A program made the position numbers and the translations under genes. DNA of 64,000 nt. It comes from a virus. The notes beneath the pieces are model-generated. The model was not told where the DNA came from and ran no database searches. It saw nothing but the letters and a program-made list of their open reading frames with translations. The DNA lies in the IMG/VR virus record IMGVR_UViG_3300017689_000001, positions 9,876 to 73,875 of that record; one strand, 5' to 3'. The first letter of the stretch is position 1; every line of letters starts with the position of its first letter. Below, piece by piece: positions 26,947 through 35,009 of this stretch.

Positions 26947-27389
26947 TACATGGTCTCCGTGAACGGCTCAAGATCGAGCAGATTGAAGTCGTGCAGGTAG
27001 AAGTAGATGCGGCCAGCGCCGCGCATGCTCCCTTTCATTTTCTTGGGGGTGAGGTGGCGGGCCGGCGAGATCAGCACCTTCGCGGTGATCTGGTTCTCGC
27101 CCGAGCGGCTGACGTGGTAGCGCTCGATCTGGATGACGGTGCCGGCGGGGAGCACGCCGTCGAGGCCGGCGGCCTCGCGCTTGCTGCGCTTCCACTCGCG
27201 GAACTGCGGCACCCAGTCGCTGCCGATGCCGCTGGTCTTGATGCGCGTCGCCTCAGTGAAGGCGTCGAACTCGTACTTGGCCTCGCCGTACAGCGTCTCC
27301 TCGTTGTCATGCGCGGCTTTGAAGTCGGGCGCGTCGAGGTCGGCGGTAAGGCGCCAGCGGCTGTCGATCGGCGGCATGAAGATCTTCAC
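26946..27389 (-). CDS. Hypothetical protein, paralog of 7954-8334
   Basis: GTG start; GTVIQIERYHVS and HLTPKK. Confidence 0.65.
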   Translation of the reverse strand: MKIFMPPIDSRWRLTADLDAPDFKAAHDNEETLYGEAKYEFDAFTEATRIKTSGIGSDWVPQFREWKRSKREAAGLDGVLPAGTVIQIERYHVSRSGENQITAKVLISPARHLTPKKMKGSMRGAGRIYFYLHDFNLLDLEPFTETM

Positions 27390-27530
27390 AGCTGATCCCT
27401 TATGAAACGGGCGAGGTCGCCGTCTTCCGGCTCGTCGCGGTCGGGGTCCGCAGCACACCCGCGCAGCGAGAACTTGCGCAGGTGGCTGTCGGGGATGTTG
27501 TTGCCGCCCCAGTAGGGCGGCAACGGCTCG

Positions 27531-28124
27531 TCACACGCCGTAGTAGAGTCGATCGACATTGGTCGCGACTGTGTTCGAGCGAGTGAGCTTGGCGTCGGTC
27601 ACGATGCCGTCGGTGAAGGTCAGCTCGACGTCGGCGACGCAGGTGCCGCCGGGCGCGCTGCGGTGGAAGCTCGGCTTGCCGGCGCTCGGCACGCGGATGA
27701 AGACCGTCTCGACAACCGGCTTGGGCGAGGCGTTGCGCAGCTTGCGGCCGTATCCACACTTCCTGTCGCTGGTCGCGTAGTTGCCGTTGCGGTCGTAGCG
27801 GATCCAGCTGCCGGCGAGGTCGGTGTCGGAGACGTCGACGACATAGCCGCCGTCGTCGTCACGGCAGATCAGCTTGACGGCGATCTCTTCGTCGCCGAGG
27901 ATGCTGACGAGCGGCTTGCTCGCGTCGATCGCGGGGGCGATGACCTCGAGCGATTTGCGACGGAGGCCGATCGTCGCGTGAGGGTGGCCGTCATCGTACT
28001 CGACGCTGAACTGCTCGTTGAGGCCGGTGAACAGGACACAGCTGACGGTGGCGGTGTTGACGAGGCCGGGGCGGCCGGCGCCGAGATACTTGACGCGGGT
28101 GCCGACGGTGATGGGTTCGGACAT
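27531..28124 (-). CDS. SH3-like plus DxxKPL-family protein
   Basis: ITVGTRVKY; IDASKPL; VELTFTDGIVTDAKL. Confidence 0.7.
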   Translation of the reverse strand: MSEPITVGTRVKYLGAGRPGLVNTATVSCVLFTGLNEQFSVEYDDGHPHATIGLRRKSLEVIAPAIDASKPLVSILGDEEIAVKLICRDDDGGYVVDVSDTDLAGSWIRYDRNGNYATSDRKCGYGRKLRNASPKPVVETVFIRVPSAGKPSFHRSAPGGTCVADVELTFTDGIVTDAKLTRSNTVATNVDRLYYGV

Positions 28125-28280
28125 GCTGGTTCTCCTAGCGGCCGCCGCGGCGGATCAGCTCTTCGACTGATACGACGCGGGCGGGGCGGGCTGCGGGTGG
28201 GGTGAGGATGCGACCGAAGGTGGTCTCGGCCACGGTGGTGCGGCGGCCGGCGAGGCGGCCGAGCAGGGCGACGCCGTCGG

Positions 28281-28502
28281 TCACTGCTCGTACTCGACCA
28301 TGGCGAGCGCGTGGTAGGGGATGACGGCCGGGTTGCCCGGCGTCTCGAGGCGGTGGCCGATCAGTGAGCCGTCCTCGCCGGTCTGGACGACCTTGAAGAC
28401 GAACGAGCGATCGACACCCATCAGCGTGATGCGGGCGACCTTGATGCGAGCAGCGTTGAGCGCGAGGGCGCCGGTGCGGACGAGGGCGTTAGGCGACTGC
28501 AT
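28281..28502 (-). CDS. Small hypothetical protein
   Basis: 73-aa ORF. Confidence 0.6.
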   Translation of the reverse strand: MQSPNALVRTGALALNAARIKVARITLMGVDRSFVFKVVQTGEDGSLIGHRLETPGNPAVIPYHALAMVEYEQ

Positions 28503-28887
28503 GGATCTTGGCCTCCTTGGGCTTGTCGTCCTCGTAGATGATCTCGAGGACGGCGATGGCGTCGGGGTAGTCGGAGCGGGCGCCTTCGAGCATCGTCATG
28601 CCGCGACCATACGGGCCGCCGCGCCGGGGGCTGAGCGGGTAGAAGCCGCTGGTCACCTCGGGCACGTTCTCGAACTCGAGGGCGCTGCCTTCGGTTTGAC
28701 CTCGGGGCACCCGACCGGTTTCGGGGTCAAGCTCGATCGGCTGGTTCCAGCCACTGCCCTCGCCCCACTGGACCGCGATCATGAACCGACGCCGCGCATT
28801 GGGGTTGTTCTGGACGAAGCCCACGGTGTGGACCTTGCGACGAGAGTCGCCCTTGATGCGCAGCGGGCGGGTGGGATCAATCCGCAT
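28489..28887 (-). CDS. DxxKPL-family protein
   Basis: IDPTRPLRIKGD...FENVPE...LEIIYEDDKPKEAKI. Confidence 0.7.
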   Translation of the reverse strand: MRIDPTRPLRIKGDSRRKVHTVGFVQNNPNARRRFMIAVQWGEGSGWNQPIELDPETGRVPRGQTEGSALEFENVPEVTSGFYPLSPRRGGPYGRGMTMLEGARSDYPDAIAVLEIIYEDDKPKEAKIHAVA

Positions 28888-29014
28888 TGGACTTGCCCTG
28901 GTGGTGCTTGGCGATGCCGGCCTTGGCGCGGCCGTTGTGCAGGCTCGGCTCGACGCGCTTGTTCTTCAAGCGGTGCTCGCGGGTGACGCTGGTCTCGTAG
29001 AGGGAAACTTCCAT
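28877..29014 (-). CDS. Small basic protein (45 aa)
   Basis: MEVSLYETSV...; AAGGAG RBS. Confidence 0.5.
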   Translation of the reverse strand: MEVSLYETSVTREHRLKNKRVEPSLHNGRAKAGIAKHHQGKSNAD

Positions 29015-29070
29015 GATCTGCTCCTTGATGGGGCGCAAGATGTGCGCCCCGAGTTATAGATGTGCAACCG

Positions 29071-29087
29071 AAACTACTCGGTAAGAT
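29071..29087 (-). promoter_or_regulatory. TAC-N3-GTA operator-like site
   Basis: AAACTAC-TCG-GTAAGAT. Confidence 0.55.
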
Positions 29088-29577
29088 ACTCCTTGTAGAG
29101 GGAAGGCACCGCCTCGTCGGGCAGCAGCGAGACGTAATGGTTCTCATCCATGCACTCAGGCAGGCCGCGGTCGAGGTAGTAGCGGATGCGCGCCGCGGCT
29201 CCGCGGTGAGTGTTGTCCCTCTCGGACCACATGGCGCCGAACAGCCACAGGAACACCTGATTGGAGCTGGTGAGGCCGAAGACGCGCCGGCCGTAGGCCC
29301 ACCAGTCGGGGCGCGGCTCGCCCTCGTCGCCTTCGGCACTGATGATCTCGTCCTTCTGGAAGAGCATGCCGGCCGACGGCCCGTGGCCGACCGCGCATGC
29401 GACGGTGCCGCACACCGCGCCGACACCGCCGTTCTCGAGGGCGTACTTGACCTTGAGTTCGGGGTCGACTTCCTCCCAAGGATCGATGAAGTCGTCCATG
29501 TCAAAGTCGGCGTAGTTGAGAGGCAGACTCTCGAGGTACGCGGCGAGCCGCGCGAGGTTGGGACGGTTGACGATCAT
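29074..29577 (-). CDS. Hypothetical protein
   Basis: MIVNRPNLARL...CGTVACAVGH. Confidence 0.7.
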   Translation of the reverse strand: MIVNRPNLARLAAYLESLPLNYADFDMDDFIDPWEEVDPELKVKYALENGGVGAVCGTVACAVGHGPSAGMLFQKDEIISAEGDEGEPRPDWWAYGRRVFGLTSSNQVFLWLFGAMWSERDNTHRGAAARIRYYLDRGLPECMDENHYVSLLPDEAVPSLYKEYLTE

Positions 29578-29846
29578 GCTCGGATACTCCGTTTGGCTCG
29601 CCGCATCTGCCTGGCCCAGCGCGCCGGCGGTGGGTTCGGTGTCGGCATCGGCGGGATGATCTTGGTGGACGGGACGACGCGTAAGGGACGGCCGTGGTAG
29701 GAGGCCTTGCGGTTGCGGCCGTACCAGCGCAGCGCGCGGTTGGCGGCATCCTCGGTGCCGCACAGCTCGAGAACGTACCACTTGCCGTCGAGGTCGTGGT
29801 CGGATGCGTGGCAGACCTCGACGGCCCAGCTATTTGTGGGTGCCAT
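29574..29846 (-). CDS. Hypothetical protein
   Basis: MAPTNSW start; GGAG RBS. Confidence 0.55.
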   Translation of the reverse strand: MAPTNSWAVEVCHASDHDLDGKWYVLELCGTEDAANRALRWYGRNRKASYHGRPLRVVPSTKIIPPMPTPNPPPARWARQMRRAKRSIRA

Positions 29847-30078
29847 AGCAGTTCTCCCGAAGCAGGTTGGGGTTGTTGGTGAACCCGTACGCCTGCTTGT
29901 GCATGGGCAAGTTGGCGAGCTTGGGTGCCTCAGTTGAACACGACAAGCACGAAGTATAGCCCAAGTCGTAGCGACGCTTGGGAAAGTATTCGCCGCAGTC
30001 ACATTCGATGTCGTCGTCACGCTCGATGCGGACGTAGCGAGGCTTGGTGCCCATGCCGGGCGCGCAGCGTGTGAACAT
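29830..30078 (-). CDS. C4 zinc-finger (DksA/TraR-like) small protein
   Basis: CDCGEYFPKRRYDLGYTSCLSC. Confidence 0.55.
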   Translation of the reverse strand: MFTRCAPGMGTKPRYVRIERDDDIECDCGEYFPKRRYDLGYTSCLSCSTEAPKLANLPMHKQAYGFTNNPNLLRENCYGTHK

Positions 30079-30081
30079 AGA

Positions 30082-30390
30082 TTATCCGTATTCGAGGGTG
30101 AGGGCCTCCAGCTGGGGCATGATCCACTCGATCGGCCCGCCCATTTTCCAGTGGCGGGTGTCGAGGTTCAGCTCGAGGGCGGCGTAAGACTGGCCGTAGG
30201 GCTGGGCGAAGCCGTGGTAGCGCCAGCCACCTGCGTGGGTCTGCCGAACGATGGCGAGGCGACGCACGCTGGCGCGCGGGCCGGACCCCTCCTCCACCAT
30301 CCAGTAGCCCGGCTTGATCTCGCGCGGGTTAGCCCAGTGCTTGCGCTTCTGCGCGTGCCAGCGGATTGGGTTGTCGGTGGGCGGGGTCAT
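30082..30390 (-). CDS. Hypothetical protein
   Basis: MTPPTDNP start with ATGA overlap. Confidence 0.6.
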   Translation of the reverse strand: MTPPTDNPIRWHAQKRKHWANPREIKPGYWMVEEGSGPRASVRRLAIVRQTHAGGWRYHGFAQPYGQSYAALELNLDTRHWKMGGPIEWIMPQLEALTLEYG

Positions 30391-30629
30391 CGGTTGAGTG
30401 CTCCCGTGACGGTCTGGATGTCGTCGATGGCGCGATCGAACATCCGAACGCAGTCGGACAGGTCGTCGGCCTCGCCGGCTTCGCGGACGAGGAAGGTGAA
30501 GAGGCTGTCGCCGCACTCGGTCAAGGCGTTGCCGGAACGGAACATTTCCGACACCTCCTCGATCGGGTAGGCGTCCGCCACGCGCTGCTGAACAGCGGTG
30601 GCGTCGGCGTAGAAGAGGTAGCGGCTCAT
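30387..30629 (-). CDS. Small acidic hypothetical protein
   Basis: MSRYLFYAD start with ATGA overlap. Confidence 0.6.
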   Translation of the reverse strand: MSRYLFYADATAVQQRVADAYPIEEVSEMFRSGNALTECGDSLFTFLVREAGEADDLSDCVRMFDRAIDDIQTVTGALNR

Positions 30630-31612
30630 GACGCGGGACTGATCGTGACCGTGAACTGCGTGTTGTCGCCCAAGCGGACGAGCACGTGGTTCTCGGTGAT
30701 GACCGTGTCGACGACGCTGTCGAGCAGGATCAGGGCGTCGGAGACCAGTGCGGTCTGCAGATCCAGCGCGGTCGGCTCGGGCGGGTTGTAGAACTGGAGG
30801 TTGCGACCCCAGTTGCCCTCGACCACGCGGCCGGTGATCGGGTCGACCACCAGTGTGGAGCTGTTGTCGCGACCGCGCTTGATGAGCAGGCGCGTCGGTT
30901 CGTCGCTGTCGATCGGCACCACGCGCCCGACGACGCGGTAGCCGCGGCGATCCAGATCGTCTTGGGTGCCGAGGCTGCGCATGGGGTCGATGTAGCGCAC
31001 GGCCAGCGGCTTGGCCGGATCGACGGCGATCCGCTTGACGATGGTCGGCCAGACGTTGCCGAACCGCCCCGACACGTCCTTGCCGTCGGCGTTGTGGAGG
31101 TGGTTGTAGCCACCGCGAAGCTCGGTCTCGCCGAACTTCGTGCCGAGCGGGAACGTGCCGATGCGGATGAAGAACTCGCGCTCGCCCACGATGCCATAGT
31201 TGGGTTCGATGCTGGCGATCGTGACCTCGGGGTGGCCCTCGAACATGATCGTCGAGGGGTCGGTGTCCTTGGTCAGGACAGGGGCGACGCGCTCGACGAG
31301 GCGCGGCAGGGTCTTGACCAGGGGGTCCGCGTGGCGTGAGGCCGACGGCGTACCGTCGGGGTTGAAGAACGCCGACAGGTGGGTGCTCTGGCCGAAGGGG
31401 TGGCCCAGTGGCATGCGGCGAGCATCGGACAGCTCCATCGTGCCGGCGTCCCACAGGTTGTCGGGCAGGCCGTCGCCCTGCTCGGCGTAAACCGCGATGC
31501 GGTCGGCGTTGCTCGCGTAGAGCCGGTCGGCAATGGCGACGATCTTGATGTCGGGCAGCCCCTCGAACATGATGGTCGAGGGGTCGGTGTCGGGGGTGAG
31601 GGTGAACGTCAT
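30626..31612 (-). CDS. Protein with internal duplication and a DxxKPL domain
   Basis: DTDPSTIMFEG occurs twice; VDPAKPL...LQFYNPPEP. Confidence 0.7.
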   Translation of the reverse strand: MTFTLTPDTDPSTIMFEGLPDIKIVAIADRLYASNADRIAVYAEQGDGLPDNLWDAGTMELSDARRMPLGHPFGQSTHLSAFFNPDGTPSASRHADPLVKTLPRLVERVAPVLTKDTDPSTIMFEGHPEVTIASIEPNYGIVGEREFFIRIGTFPLGTKFGETELRGGYNHLHNADGKDVSGRFGNVWPTIVKRIAVDPAKPLAVRYIDPMRSLGTQDDLDRRGYRVVGRVVPIDSDEPTRLLIKRGRDNSSTLVVDPITGRVVEGNWGRNLQFYNPPEPTALDLQTALVSDALILLDSVVDTVITENHVLVRLGDNTQFTVTISPAS

Positions 31613-31797
31613 GCGTAATTCTCCAGCAGGGTGACGAGCAGGCTCACCGCGATCACCGACGCGGCGAGGCACGCGAGGGCGCTGATCCACCGGCGCTCGC
31701 CAAGATAGTGGCCGGCGGCCACGATCGGGCCGCCGATCAGCACGGCGATGAGGAAGGCGGTGAGCACCGCGGCGGTGTTGATGAGGAAGTCAACCAT
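31609..31797 (-). CDS. Small membrane protein
   Basis: Two hydrophobic stretches. Confidence 0.65.
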   Translation of the reverse strand: MVDFLINTAAVLTAFLIAVLIGGPIVAAGHYLGERRWISALACLAASVIAVSLLVTLLENYA

Positions 31798-32083
31798 CAG
31801 CCAGTTTCTCCATGCAGGCGACGAGGGCGCCGAAGGTGCGCTGCTCGAGCGGGCGCTGGGCGTTGTCGAGGTCGATCCGGGTGATGCGCGGGTCCATGTC
31901 GACCGAGCCGGTGGTCATGCGGCCGCGCGGCCACCAGTCCGTGCCGCCGACGATCGGGTCGGCGCACACGCCGGTGTCGCGCAGGAACTGCGCGAAGGCG
32001 CAGTTGGTGTTGTTCATGTATTCGAACGCCTCGTCGGCGGGCTTGGTCTTGGCCCATGCCAAGAACGTGTCGTGGTCGGTCAT
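31790..32083 (-). CDS. Hypothetical protein
   Basis: 97 aa; AGGAG RBS. Confidence 0.65.
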   Translation of the reverse strand: MTDHDTFLAWAKTKPADEAFEYMNNTNCAFAQFLRDTGVCADPIVGGTDWWPRGRMTTGSVDMDPRITRIDLDNAQRPLEQRTFGALVACMEKLADG

Positions 32084-32433
32084 GCTGCAAGACTCCTGAG
32101 GGCGGCGATGCCCTTCTCGGGGTGGACGACGGGGATGCGGCGGTCGCCGCCGTTCTCGTAAGGCGCGACCGTGTCCTCGTCATTGGCCTCGAAGATCGCA
32201 TCGTAGTCGATCTTCAGCTCGAAGAACTCGGCGTAGATCGAGCTGTCGTTGCCGGGCAGGTTCAGCTCACGGGCGAAGCGGCCGAGCGCGCAGAAGCACT
32301 CCGCCTTGTCGCTCGTCGGGGCGACCTTGCGGCCGGCGGCGTCGATCGCGAGGCTGCGCGCGATGTGCTTGGTCGGGTTCGCGGCCAGCCAGTCGGCGGC
32401 GCGGGCGGCGGCGGCTTTGATGTCGTCGTTCAC
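32080..32433 (-). CDS. Hypothetical protein
   Basis: GTG start, 117 aa; GGAG RBS. Confidence 0.65.
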   Translation of the reverse strand: MNDDIKAAAARAADWLAANPTKHIARSLAIDAAGRKVAPTSDKAECFCALGRFARELNLPGNDSSIYAEFFELKIDYDAIFEANDEDTVAPYENGGDRRIPVVHPEKGIAALRSLAA

Positions 32434-32912
32434 TTGAACTTCTCCAGGGCGTCGCGGGTGCTGCCCGCTCGTGTGTGGAAGAACCCCTTGCGCGGCTCGA
32501 TGCCCATGTCTTCGAGAAGGGCGGTCGCCTCGTTGCGGTACGAGCCGACATGCGCGGGGTTCTCGGCGGACAGGCGCAGGACCAGCTCGAGGAGGCGGAC
32601 ACCGCGCTTGTGCATGCGCTCGTGGGCTTCCGCCTCGTTGAGGTAGTGCTGCACGTAGAGGCGGTAGGCCGCCTCGTAATGCAGCGCGAGGCGGACACGG
32701 TGAATGGATTGGGCATCGCCGCAGATGTGGTGGATGCCGTCGCCCGACAGGCCCGAGGACAGGTCGTGGTTCTCGTAGGCCACGGGCTTGAGGAGGGGGA
32801 GGCGCTCGGCGATCGCGAAAGACAGGAGGTCGTAGCCGTGTTGTGGCGTGCCGTTCCTGTTCAGCTCGATGATGCGCTGTAGCGTGGCCAGAAATTCGTC
32901 TTGGCGCTGCAT
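32430..32912 (-). CDS. Hypothetical protein
   Basis: MQRQDEF start. Confidence 0.6.
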   Translation of the reverse strand: MQRQDEFLATLQRIIELNRNGTPQHGYDLLSFAIAERLPLLKPVAYENHDLSSGLSGDGIHHICGDAQSIHRVRLALHYEAAYRLYVQHYLNEAEAHERMHKRGVRLLELVLRLSAENPAHVGSYRNEATALLEDMGIEPRKGFFHTRAGSTRDALEKFK

Positions 32913-33012
32913 CAGCAGACCTTTCCGTTGAGCGCGTAGAGCACGCGCCGGGGTGGGGCGGACGGGTTGAGCGGGGTCGTGCGCGGCGGGCCGGGTTCGA
33001 AAGTCGGCATGG

Positions 33013-33177
33013 TCACGACGGGGTCCACACGAGGTTGAGTGCGGCGACGAGGAGGCCGAAGCCAAAGACCCCCCAGCCGACGGGCCACAGGTCGAGGCGC
33101 CGACCGGAGCCGTTGATGCCGAGCATGGCGATTGCGATCCCGAGGATCATGATGGTGAGGGCGATCTTGTAGATCAT
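33013..33177 (-). CDS. Small membrane protein
   Basis: MIYKIALTIMILGIAIAMLG...FGLLVAALNLVW. Confidence 0.6.
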   Translation of the reverse strand: MIYKIALTIMILGIAIAMLGINGSGRRLDLWPVGWGVFGFGLLVAALNLVWTPS

Positions 33178-33398
33178 GCGCGGTGCTCCTTGCGCTTGGG
33201 CTTCGAGTTCTTGGGCTTGGCAAGCCCCCAGCCACCCCACTTGCGGGTGCGGTCGCGGAACGTGGTCTGCGGCGGCAGCACGTCGTCGTAAGGGACGGCG
33301 GGCGCGGGGTGGCGCATCATCGCGAAGCGGTGGTCGGGTTCGATGTCCTGCGCGGCGTAGTAGCCGTGGCGGCGGTCGAACAGGAAGGCGACAGCCAT
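33174..33398 (-). CDS. Small hypothetical protein
   Basis: MAVAFLFD start; GGAGG RBS. Confidence 0.55.
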   Translation of the reverse strand: MAVAFLFDRRHGYYAAQDIEPDHRFAMMRHPAPAVPYDDVLPPQTTFRDRTRKWGGWGLAKPKNSKPKRKEHRA

Positions 33399-33592
33399 TA
33401 CAGCGCCTCCACGTTGTACGTGTGGGTGAGGCCGTGAGCGCGTTCCATGCGCTCCTTGAAGGTGTGGGCGTCCTCCTCGGTGAACGAGGCGACCGCGTCG
33501 TTCAGCATGATGGAGCGCCACTCGGTGGCGGTGCGCAGGCGGTAGCGGATCATGTACATGATGTCGTTTCCTACAGCTTGTGGGTCGCGCAC
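33398..33592 (-). CDS. Small hypothetical protein
   Basis: First ORF after the AT-rich inverted repeat; true start may be downstream. Confidence 0.5.
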   Translation of the reverse strand: MRDPQAVGNDIMYMIRYRLRTATEWRSIMLNDAVASFTEEDAHTFKERMERAHGLTHTYNVEAL

Positions 33593-33658
33593 GGCGGACC
33601 CCTGGGGGTGGGGGTAGGCGTGGTCCAGGCGGGGAGAAGTCGGTGGCGCTTCCCCTTT

Positions 33659-33773
33659 AATTTTCCCATTTTTACCCGGTAACTTACTATTTTCTTACAT
33701 CTATCCATAGATAGATAAATAAGAAAAAATAAAGAAATAGGGATGGAAACTACCCAGTAAAAATGGGAAAATT
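33659..33773. repeat. AT-rich long inverted repeat carrying two opposed TAC-N3-GTA sites
   Basis: 17-bp perfect arms AATTTTCCCATTTTTAC (33659-33675 and 33757-33773); inner ATCTATC-CATA-GATAGAT hairpin. Confidence 0.85.
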
Positions 33774-33798
33774 TACTCGCAACAGACAGCGAGTTCTC

Positions 33799-34299
33799 TC
33801 ACCCCGCGACGAGGTCGGCCACGCGCACGAAGCGGCGAGCAGACGGCTTTCGCAGCCCGTTTGCCATGACCCGGACCTGATCCACGGTGAGGCCCACCTC
33901 CCGCGCGATCCGCGGCACGGACTGGCCGGACGCGCGCATATCCAGAAACGCCATGCGGACAATTCCGGGGACCGGACCCTTCGTCCAGCCCCCATCCTTC
34001 ATGGCGTCCAGACACGCCAGCCCGTCGGCGCGCGTGGCGAGGGCGGAATTCTCCTCGACGAGGTCGTGAACCGGAATGTGGTCGATCAGCCGCTTGGCCT
34101 CGCGAACCCCTACGTCGGTCCACTGGAAGATCCACGTCGCCGCCTTGAGGCCGACCGTGCCCACGAACGCGACCAGCTCGGTCGCGTCGGCGGAGTCCAG
34201 ATCGGTCGCGCGGAACGACTTGAACACCCGCCGAAACTTGCGGGACGTGTAGCGCGGAATGCGAGGCAACAGCGCGTCCATCGTCCACGGCATGGTCAT
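33799..34299 (-). CDS. Protein with C-terminal HTH
   Basis: RASGQSVPRIAREVGLTVDQVRVM. Confidence 0.65.
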   Translation of the reverse strand: MTMPWTMDALLPRIPRYTSRKFRRVFKSFRATDLDSADATELVAFVGTVGLKAATWIFQWTDVGVREAKRLIDHIPVHDLVEENSALATRADGLACLDAMKDGGWTKGPVPGIVRMAFLDMRASGQSVPRIAREVGLTVDQVRVMANGLRKPSARRFVRVADLVAG

Positions 34300-34439
34300 G
34301 CAGGCACAACCACGTAGTGCTCGCCCGAGTTCAATTCGGCGGCGTGGGCCAGGCGGAGCGCCTGCCGGTAGCTGAGAACCGCATCCCCGACCGATTTGGC
34401 GCGATCGGCGTTCCACACCCGAAACGACAACTTCTTCAT
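34296..34439 (-). CDS. Small hypothetical protein (47 aa)
   Basis: MKKLSFRVWN; GGAG RBS. Confidence 0.55.
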   Translation of the reverse strand: MKKLSFRVWNADRAKSVGDAVLSYRQALRLAHAAELNSGEHYVVVPA

Positions 34440-34449
34440 GATCTTCACT

Positions 34450-34468
34450 CCAATAAACTGTTTATCGG
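34450..34468. repeat. 19-bp palindrome, copy 1
   Basis: CCAATAAAC-T-GTTTATCGG (one mismatch). Confidence 0.85.
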
Positions 34469-34761
34469 TTGGTCCGGTCGGCGTCACGGCACAGGGCCGC
34501 GATCGCCGCGGCGCGAGCCGCGCGACGGTTGGCGCGCAAGCGGTCGCCGTTGACGTCGTGGGGGTAGTGCTCGGCGCGCGTCACCATGGGCCGGACGCGC
34601 TGGAGGCGGCGGATATGGGCGCGCGACGGCGGCTGGAAGTCGCGATCCTCGCGAAGGCCCCACACGTCGGCGGGGGTGACGGGGCGCGCCTGGTCGCGGT
34701 GGGCCGCCCAAAGGTCGGCATAGCCCGCGCACTGCGTGGAGATCGTGGGTTCGTGTGTCAT
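34462..34761 (-). CDS. Hypothetical protein between palindromes
   Basis: ATG immediately after copy 2; TAA inside copy 1. Confidence 0.55.
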   Translation of the reverse strand: MTHEPTISTQCAGYADLWAAHRDQARPVTPADVWGLREDRDFQPPSRAHIRRLQRVRPMVTRAEHYPHDVNGDRLRANRRAARAAAIAALCRDADRTNR

Positions 34762-34780
34762 CCGATAAACAGTTTATCGG
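34762..34780. repeat. 19-bp palindrome, copy 2
   Basis: CCGATAAAC-A-GTTTATCGG (perfect). Confidence 0.9.
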
Positions 34781-34911
34781 GCCATGAGGAAAGCGACGAC
34801 GGGCGTGGCACCCGCGACGACGAGCGCGCCCACGGCGTCGCCGTCGACGGCGAGCGCGAGCGCGAGCACGGTTTTCACGAGCACGTAGGCACAGATCAGC
34901 GCAAGGCGCAT
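34774..34911 (-). CDS. Small membrane protein (45 aa)
   Basis: MRLALICAYVLVKTVLALALAVDGDAVGALVVAGATPVVAFLMAR; TAA inside copy 2; GGAG RBS. Confidence 0.55.
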   Translation of the reverse strand: MRLALICAYVLVKTVLALALAVDGDAVGALVVAGATPVVAFLMAR

Positions 34912-34990
34912 GGCATGACACTCCACAGGGGCAAGGGCGCGGTCCTACGCGAGGGCCGCAACCTTGCCCCTCCCCCTTGCGGGGGAGGGA

Positions 34991-35009
34991 CCGATAAACA
35001 GTTTATCCG
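34991..35009. repeat. 19-bp palindrome, copy 3
   Basis: CCGATAAAC-A-GTTTATCCG (one mismatch). Confidence 0.85.

Noticed and set aside
27386-27530. Possible ~45-aa ORF (PPYWGGNN...)
   Set aside because: No convincing start or RBS, so not annotated
33600-33636. G-quadruplex candidate
   Set aside because: Only two long G-runs nearby; not distinguishable from chance at this GC content
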